A DNA stretch of 64,000 bases from Octopus sinensis (Eukaryota). Shown piece after piece: positions 54,642 through 64,000 of this stretch. The stretch is taken from NCBI RefSeq assembly GCF_006345805.1, contig NC_043004.1:83762001-83826000 (forward strand). Reading direction: 5' to 3'. The translations under genes were made by a program, and so were the position numbers. The notes under the pieces are model-generated. The model made no database searches. It was not told the origin of the DNA and saw only the letters and a program-made list of their open reading frames with translations. The first letter of the stretch is position 1. Each line of letters starts with the position of its first letter.

Positions 54642-54765
54642 TATTATATATACATTGATTTATAGGCATGTTTATATACATTTGTTCACCCCTCCGCACA
54701 CAGACACGTATATATTCGTGTATGTATATTTGTATATATATAAATATATATATACACACACACAC

Positions 54766-54832
<67 letters not shown>

Positions 54833-54896
54833 CAGTTAAACGTAAATGTGAAGATCTATAGATATGCATATAGATATTGCATGAGGGTGTGAGAGA

Positions 54897-54945
<49 letters not shown>

Positions 54946-57527
54946 ACTGTGTGTGTATATATAGATTGAAGTGATATACATATTTCATATATGCAGAAAA
55001 CGAAGACAGGTTTGAAAGAAAGCTATTTCTACTTTTCTTTTATGCATCAAAGCTTAGTGAAATCAAGCTGATTGCGCTAACCTGATAATGACATGCCTCG
55101 GTATATTCTAATACGGATATTTGAAACATTAGGACGTAATTTATGTCACAGGGTAGGAGAGAAGTAGTAAAGTTATTACTAAATTTCATCTCTTTGAATA
55201 CGTTAGCATTAATTCTAGTTAAATTAAAGTTGACAGTTGCCGTTGAAGTGTTTCGATGAGAGGAGCGGGAAAACATTATGAGATATGTTACCGACCGGAA
55301 AGAATTTCGAATTAAATGTCTTTGCCGTACCTGAATTCAATCTTCGTGATTGTATAAATAAATTTTCTGGGTATATATGTTTAACAACTCATAGTTATAT
55401 TCAGAGATAGAAACGTATCGCTAAAAAGCCTTTCCTAAGCACGCTTGGACGTGTAGCAACAACGAAGAATGGACCTGACACATCAGATGATTTCAGTTTA
55501 ATTTTAAGCCAATCGTAATTATTAGCTCCACTGGTTAAATTTTAAGAAAGGTTTCCCGTCAAAATATAGTCATAAGTGTGGGACCATATATGGTTATAAA
55601 TGTGAAAGTGCCGGACTATCGTTGCAGAGTTTTGGGAAGTTCCTGAGAAAGCAGGATTCGCTGTTCGAACTCGGGTTAAAAAATCAATGAACACAGAAAC
55701 ATACCGCTTGTCGCCAAAGCGAATGTATGGCTATTTTATTCTAGGTAGTACACATACACATGTCTAGTCATATATTCAATACATAGACACTTCTTGCATA
55801 CGTCTTTATACTCTCAGCACTTAATTTCTGTGTATATTTAAGTAAATAAAAAGATTCATTGAAAACCAGAAATGGTGACTCAGTTTTGATATGGGAAACT
55901 CTCAGCATAACCAATTTTTCATCATTGCACCTTACCAAGTCACAAATACAGATAGAAAATGATGATTTGTATTTATTACTATAGCTAGAAAACAATTGAA
56001 ACGGAGGAAAACATAAATATAATTTAATATACAGAAAACATTAATATCTGACAGAGACATATAACTGTCCGTCAATATATATTTCCAACCATTCTCTCTG
56101 ATACTCACTATCATTGACTGTATTATTTCTCATATTTCTTTCTTTCTTTCCTTCGTTCTTTCTTTCCTTTCTTCCGTCGTTCTTTCTCCCTATCTGACAA
56201 TATTTCTATGTATATACATGTGTGTGAAGCGCGAGTGTGTGAGTAAAACAGTTAATGTTTTATGTACTAAATGTTGTATACGATAAATTGTTACATAAAA
56301 TGTTTGTGTCAGATGGAGCAGAAGAGCAAAACTTACCGATAAAATTGAGAAACAATGAATTAGCAGCGGAGAAAGTTTCAAGGAAAACTAAAAATAAGTT
56401 TCTCTGAACCACGTTTCGGTAAAAATTCGAGAATGACAATTTTTGTCGGAGAATTGGGAGAAATAAGAATGAATTTTTAACTTAGTGTTATCTGAATTGC
56501 ATAACAAATGTGCTGCGGCTTTCAAGTATTATAGACATGTTCACTCGTTAAGAAATATTATAGTACATTATTGGCTAATGTGAGTTTTCTTAATATATAT
56601 TCAAAACCTGACAAACTATCTCAAAAGAGCCTGTTGCATGAATTCAAAGAGTTCGTTATTGAATTGCTTGTATGCTGTATGCTGAATTCGTATAGTTTCT
56701 GATACTCCCATCGGTAGTGGATTGACAAGCGAGTAAAATATGTAGCTAATAATCTGATCTGGAAAAGATAAGAATTTGCCCATATGCATCCTCTATTTTG
56801 AAAAAAAGAATAATGAATTTACGATTAATATTTTTTGATATAATTGAAAATCCGATCTGGTGAAATAACTTATATCTGAAGTATAATTTGTGCATAGCAG
56901 TGAAATTGTGTGCGGTTTGGGAATGTGATTACGTTTATGAAGAAATATATTATATGAAGTCAAATGCAGAGAAATCCTCAAAATATATATATTAAAATAA
57001 AAAATAATTCTACTTAAGCGTTTTTCTCAGATTATTGATAACCGATTTTCCTCTTTGGGAACATATTCTCGTGTACCCGTTTGTCAATCGCATTCCGTTC
57101 TTCGTTAACGAGGAATCTAGAAATGGACATTTGTGAACGACATTGCCCGCAAGCAAAACAACATCAACACAGCTACAAGAAACTATAGCCATTATAGGAA
57201 CAAGCGTATGAATGGCCGGATCGCTACTCATTAAAATTCTGGCATTAACACAAATAATTGCAATTTCATGTGACCCACAGTATAAGGTTGAAATGATTTA
57301 GATGAATGATATTAGAGAATTTTGGACCTTGGAGCATTGAAATTCAAGTCCATTTCATTAACCGATATTAATACGGTGATGAAGACGGTTTGTGCTCTTT
57401 ATATCGTAAGGTTTCTCAATGGCTTTGATATATGTTTCATCAGCACCAGTTAAGAGAATTAATGATGTAATACTAGATTATGTATGCAAGTGCTTATCTA
57501 TGAATACGTGTGAGTGAGTATGCGTGA

Positions 57528-57627
<100 letters not shown>

Positions 57628-57632
57628 GTGTG

Positions 57633-57663
<31 letters not shown>

Positions 57664-57926
57664 GCATATACACAAAGACGCACACAAACGTATGGGTGTG
57701 TGTCAGACGGTGAGATGGTGAGTACAGTTATGTATATTTGTATAACTTTATGCAATCACGTACTTACATGTCAGTAACAGAGAGCGAAGAATATTTGCAT
57801 AGATATAGTGCACGCGATAATAGTTTAACCTAATCTGTAAAAACGGACATGGAAGAATACCTAAAGGATGCAATATATATTTTCTTCTCGCATTTTTGTT
57901 TGTGCGTATATATATGTGTGTATATT

Positions 57927-57958
<32 letters not shown>

Positions 57959-58026
57959 TATATATATATATATATCCGATGGCCGGATAACTGAACAGAT
58001 ACATGTATATGTATGTATATATATAT

Positions 58027-58074
<48 letters not shown>

Positions 58075-61000
58075 CATGTATATATATATATATATATTAT
58101 ATATATTGTGTGTGTGTGTGTGTGTATGTGTGTGTGTGTGTGTGCGTGTGTGTGTGTGTATGCGTAAAATATAATTAAGATTCAGTTGAAATATGTTCTT
58201 AAATTGAAGCACGAAGCCCGTTCGGTTCATCCGCGCAGTGCTAAGTCAGGTGAATAAAAAGCAAATAAGTAACAAGGATGTCCATGTATCAGTGCATTAC
58301 GGCTGTTTCAAGCGGCTCCATTTAATCGATTACATCAATTTAAAACGAACCGCTCTCCTCTGATCCGGGTGACCGTATACATTTCCTACATAAAGGATAA
58401 ATCATTTTTAGCAAAATTTATATCAGTACTAGAAACCATAATAATACATTGTTTCTTTTATTATATTTGTAGTAGAATGGATTTAGAGAATAAAAAATAT
58501 GTAACATGCTAAGCTTGCTCTGATTTAGAGTGTATCAAAGGAAGATAGTGGGGTATCAAGATACAGGAGTGATGAAATAGTTATTTATAACTAATATTAT
58601 TTTAAAGATTTTATGCAGAATATAGTCTACAAATATTTATAATTACATCTCCTGGGAGTTGTCATCTACGTTCCAGTTGATGGTGATAAATTAATCAATG
58701 CCATACAACCTCCTTGACCCGTATTTTACTAGGACAACATATTTCGCGTTATGTTCAGAGTTGGATATGTCTGAGGATATGTCTCAGAGTTGTTAGTCAG
58801 AGAATGACTGATGGAGAGGGTTGATAACTCGAAGGGTTGATAACTAGCACATATTTAGATTGTAAAATAAAAGGGAATATAGTAAAATCAAAGGAAGTAA
58901 AAGTAAGCTCCAATGGTCGGAATAAGAATTGAGTGATACAGGGCTAGATGTAGATCAATTCGCCGTAGGACTATTCGTCGTAAGACAATGCACTGTGCGG
59001 ATATTTCGTCGCAAGGACATTTTGTAGTAAAGCATAACAAGAGAAGGATAAAAAATATAATTAAAATAATAGAGGTTCGTGTGTGTGTGTGTGTGTGTGG
59101 AGGGATTTTTGTTGGATATATTTACTGATATAGTACTTACACTTGCTAGCTTACACATATATATTGCATTAAATAAATGTCAGAACTGACCCTGTCGATA
59201 CGAAAAGCATGGAATTTTCGCTTGTTTAAGTGGAACGCTTCTGATTTGTGTGATCTCATTTTTGGTCACCATGTTATATGTTTTTTATCGTTCCTTTAGG
59301 TCGACCGATGTCCTTGAAAGAGCATTGCGTAGAAGTCGTTCGAAGCTCGTGAAAGTCATATGATTTGTAATTCGAAAGTGCGGTCTTGTCTCAAACATGG
59401 CCGCATACTGATTTAAAATAATCTACCCCAAGATTTTGCTTCTTTGAAAATGTCCAGCCAGCTACATACTATTTTGCAATCGGTTATTTCATACGGTCTT
59501 ATACCTTAAACATTAATCGGCGAAACAAGCATTGCTATATCAAGTTTTATACTATATATTTTGTTATATACACATGTGATTACCTTTGGAATTTCGTCTT
59601 CAGTAGCAAAGTCTACTTTTTACAATGAGATTTTTAAGATTGATAATGTCTGAAATTTACTTTTATGCTGGAATTATCGGTCGTAAAAATCTCCTTTGAC
59701 AAAGATGATTTTTAAAAGTGGTAATTGAAGGATACCGTTATTGTCGTTTTGTTTATACTTCTTTACCTACTAAAGTGATGAGAGCTATCTTATCGTAGTT
59801 CACACTCTCAACAATTTTAACTGGTCCATTGAGATTTATGTGTTTCGACTACTGATCATAGGAAATTCTGTGACACACTTCATTGCCGGGAACAGCAACT
59901 AAGTTTATAATTGACGCCCAGATATATACACCAGCGCACATCCACGCTTACACACTTGCATAAACATACACACACGCACACATATATATGGAATTGATAC
60001 GTATGTCCATATACATAAGTGTATGTTCATATATAAGTATATGTATATATGTGTGTTTGTTTGTGTATATAAAACCGCGTGGGAGAGTGAAGACCAGCGA
60101 AAGGAACAAATACATAAATGTATAAAAATGTCAATATGTGCATGTATATATAACCACATATCTCCATATATATGTATGTACATATTACATATATGTATGA
60201 ATGCACATCTACTACACGCACAAACACACACACTCACATACACGCATGTATCTATAAATGGATTGATAGTAAAATACATATATGCAAACATACATACATA
60301 CATACATACATACATACATACATACATACATACATACATACATACATACATACATGTATATATACATAGACAGGCAGAGGAATGGATGGATACAGACACA
60401 CGCTTTGAAATGTACAAGATAGTTTGATAAATGGAGTAAAACAAGATTGCTTAATGGCGCAGAAGCTTCACACCATCATTCGAATTATTGAATTTTTCGA
60501 TGATAGTCTGAAAATTCCCGGGTGGTTATCATACATATGAGGTGGCTATCACATATGTGAGCAAAGAGAGAGCAGTCATTTCAGCTATCACTAAACCTTC
60601 GTTCTAATAAAGACCAATTTTCGAAGTGAAACAGAAATCTTTAAGTATGAAATCGCACAATATGTCCGACATCAGCAAAAGTTCTAATTGCAAATAGAGA
60701 CGGGTTCACTAAATGGAACCCCTAAATCATATAGATTAAATGTTTTACACGGAAATGGATGGAAAAGGCAATTACCTGGTCCTCAAATTCAGATATTTTG
60801 ACTGGATACGAACATTAACAAACACTTGTAATTGCTGAATACTCCTGAAAAATATAGTTGTGTATCCCGATGTTTCATTCTGTAAAGTGATGAAATGCCA
60901 TAATGTTTGATCGAATGAAGCAAAAATATCATATAACAATATATGCGAGGGAATACGGAGAAATATTCAGAGATTTAGCTCTAACATTCGGAGTGATATT

Positions 61001-61289
61001 TTCCTATATAATTTGAAATACGTTCTCAGAACTAGCACACTTTTATGCGTTATATGATATAAATATTTTAGAAATATAAGCCATGTGAATGTGGAAAATC
61101 TAAGAATGCGTATTGACTATTTACATATCACCGTAACAAAATGAGAATTTGTGCAAAAATTTGTGCAAAAATATATAACGAAATTACATGGCCACTCTTA
61201 AACATCCATCCGTTCACCCATTGATCCATCCATCCCCCAGTCCGTCTGACCGCCTGTCAGTCTGACCATCCGTTCGTCTGCCTGTCTAT

Positions 61290-61425
61290 CTATCAATCGA
61301 TCAATCAATCAATCAATCAATCAATCGATCGATGAATCGATCAATCAACCAATCAATCAACCAATCAATCAACCAATCATTCAATCAATCAATCAATCAA
61401 TCAATCAAACAATCTATCTATCTAA

Positions 61426-61473
<48 letters not shown>

Positions 61474-61558
61474 TTGTCTATCTATCTATCTATCTTTTTC
61501 TCTCTCTCTTTATCTATCTATCTATCTATCTAGCTATCTATCTATCTATCCATCTATC

Positions 61559-61589
<31 letters not shown>

Positions 61590-61600
61590 CTCTCAATCTT
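61290..61600. repeat. Compound (CAAT)n/(CTAT)n tetranucleotide microsatellite
   Basis: Seen directly; representative of many other (TA)n, (CA)n, (TACA)n and (GATA)n tracts not listed individually. Confidence 0.95.
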
Positions 61601-62684
61601 GTAATTCGCACTTGTATTTACATATATTTGTAACAAAAGATAATACTGTAACGATATAACAGAATTTGAAATTCGACCTTGAAATTAGGAACCTATCATG
61701 TTTCTGGAAGCAACTGTTTGATGCTCAGTTGTAGAAGCTAGAAAAACCTATTTTACTCACAAAGAAGTCTTTCACTAATATAATTACTTTCATTAAAAGT
61801 AGCCTAAACCTTTTGTTTAGTAACAATCATTGACGCCATATTTAAAATTCACTTCATTCAAATTTACAAAAATGTAGAGAGTTGTGTTGAAATATATTAT
61901 TCAGATTTTCTTCCGATGCTTATGATTTCATTCGTGTTACTTCTTCCTTTTTTAAAAAATTTGTTGCAAACCCGCTGGGTCTAGAAGAAATTTATTGTCT
62001 TCCTCTGTTTACCATTATCGAGATTGTTATCTAAATATATCTAACTGAACAGGGTCAAAGTTCCCCAAATGTTCATTAATCTTAGTTTATTGTTGATATT
62101 TGTGCTTTTAACCGTTGATATATTTCTGTTCCCATTATTTATAGTGTTTTATGAATGGAAAACTTTACAAATTACCTTAACTTTAGTTTCTTGAGAAATA
62201 ACTAAAAATGTTTCTCAATTTTTACACCTAATCTAATTAAATGGTTTCTAAATACTGATAATACAATATGCCTTGATGCTAAAAATTTGTGCAGCCTTCA
62301 GAATGTTTGTAAAGTTAGTGTGCAGTATGCACTCGGGTTAGTTGTGCTCAGAATAGGACCTCAGAGTTATCAAATTTGCTTTTTGTTATTCCTCGGGCAA
62401 TAAATAACATATCAACCTTATACCAGATTCGATTAGGGTGATTTTGGTTTTTCGTCATTAATACATTGTGAAACATTGTGTTGACCACATAATTGCGTTA
62501 GGAGTATATCCGATGTGGAATAATGAACCGTTTGTATATTAATGCCAAACGTTGGAATTTTTTTTCAAGAATGAGCGATAATGATCGAAACTTCATTTTA
62601 CAGTTTTATATATTGCATTTTAAAAATGAAGCACACAGAAGGTCCAAATTAATACTTGAAATGGTGATGTTGTTGATATTGAGG

Positions 62685-62800
62685 CTGTCGGCTGGTAGAA
62701 TTCTTAGCACGCCGGAAAAATTCCTTACAGGCACTTCATCATTAGACACTAAGTTCAAATTCCACCAAATTTCTCTTTCTGGAATCGAAAAAATAATTAC
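62685..62800 (+). mobile_element. SINE family A, highly decayed head
   Basis: ctggtagaattcttagcacgccggaaaaa...aagttcaaattccacc. Confidence 0.55.
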
Positions 62801-63188
62801 CAGTTAAGCACTGGATTCGATATTGCCACGTCCCTTTTGCCAAATTTGAATCTGATTTGGGAGATTGTTCGTTCATTAATGTTGGTCTTATTGGAATTTA
62901 ATTTTCATTTTGCTGAAGAAAGCGTATTGCCTTCTGCAGATATATGAAACGCTACAATGGATTCCAAGTAAGGCACAAAGCCAGTTTTTGGAGGAGAAAG
63001 ATAACTCGATACCATCGAGCGCAGTACTCGACAGGTATTTATTATACCGATCCCTGATATACATCACATGGGCCGAATTTGAAATGTGTGAAAGGGAACA
63101 AGTAATGCAAAGCAATTTGGTATTAGTTCAATATAGAGTGGAAGGATATTATACTTCACAAAACCAATATATATGTATGTATAAATAC

Positions 63189-63219
<31 letters not shown>

Positions 63220-64000
63220 ATATATGTAATTATAGCTTCATTTCCGAATACAGATTATTGACTGAGGTATACAAGGACCGTTCACATTGACGTTCACTGT
63301 TTCAAGTATTATTTAGTATCAAAGATTTTTTAATTTAAGAAGAGTAAATAATTGATGACACACTGATTTGCTGGAGGTGAAGCACCGATGCGGCAAGGAT
63401 GCGAAGATGGTTCTTAAATATTTAAACTCACTCCTACACATTAAAAGGGAACTAGCTTTTGAATATTCCATGTATCTTTAAATCTCAGAGATAATTAGGT
63501 GAGATGCACGCATTCAAAATTATGCATCAAATAATGTGCCTAATTAGGAAACCATTAATAAATTAAATGATATTAATATGATGCCTATCTTTTAGGCATA
63601 TTAAAGCTAAAGTTGAATAGTCGAAACTGACTCGTGTTTACATTGATTTCCGAATTGTACTTTCATAACCTATCAACTTTCTAAAGCTAAGATGTATAAT
63701 ATAAACATACCGATGTACACGAGTACCCCCAAATATCCTCCTGCTCTCTATCTTCACAACTACACATACACACACATGCAAACACACACACACACACACA
63801 CAGACAAACACACACACACATATATATATATCAGCTTCTATATACATAAGTATAAGATCATTATTTAAAATAGCGATCAAATCAAGTGGCAATATAGGAA
63901 GAAACAACCCTTATGGCATATAATAATTATTCAAATTACACATAAGATTATCTAAGAGATACCACCATGCTTGAAACAGAGCCAGAACCCCAGGGTCTGG

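Noticed and set aside
58958-59030. Three or four degenerate ttcg(c/t)cg(t/c)a(g/a)gac repeats
   Set aside because: Probably subterminal repeats of an old DNA transposon; too short and decayed to classify.

Overview
Eukaryotic, very AT-rich, microsatellite-saturated genomic DNA. The SINE families and repeat style resemble those I recall from Octopus (coleoid cephalopod); this is recognition from memory, not a database result. I found no recognisable host protein-coding gene, intact tRNA, rRNA or CRISPR array, and nearly all ORF-track entries are translated microsatellites. The real coding remnants are transposon fragments: three R4/Dong-like non-LTR pieces, one Tx1/L1-like 3' end with an internal inversion, one CR1/L2-group 3' fragment, a Penelope-like ORF start, an internally deleted Tc1/mariner element and an internally deleted Helitron. 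Four observations stand out. (1) A two-copy composite element combines a tRNA-like Pol III head, an (AAT)n tract, a degenerate minimal hammerhead-like motif and an inverted copy of its own tail at the 5' end, which suggests a SINE mobilised by Penelope-like elements. (2) A ~554-bp non-coding element (7 copies or fragments) sits in (ATT)n tracts, stacks in tandem and co-inserts with Dong/R4 fragments. (3) There are several long foldback palindromes. (4) The Tx1 fragment shows a twin-priming-like rearrangement. These are hypotheses about mobile-element biology. I see no convincing novel host gene system. Boundaries of decayed repeats are approximate.
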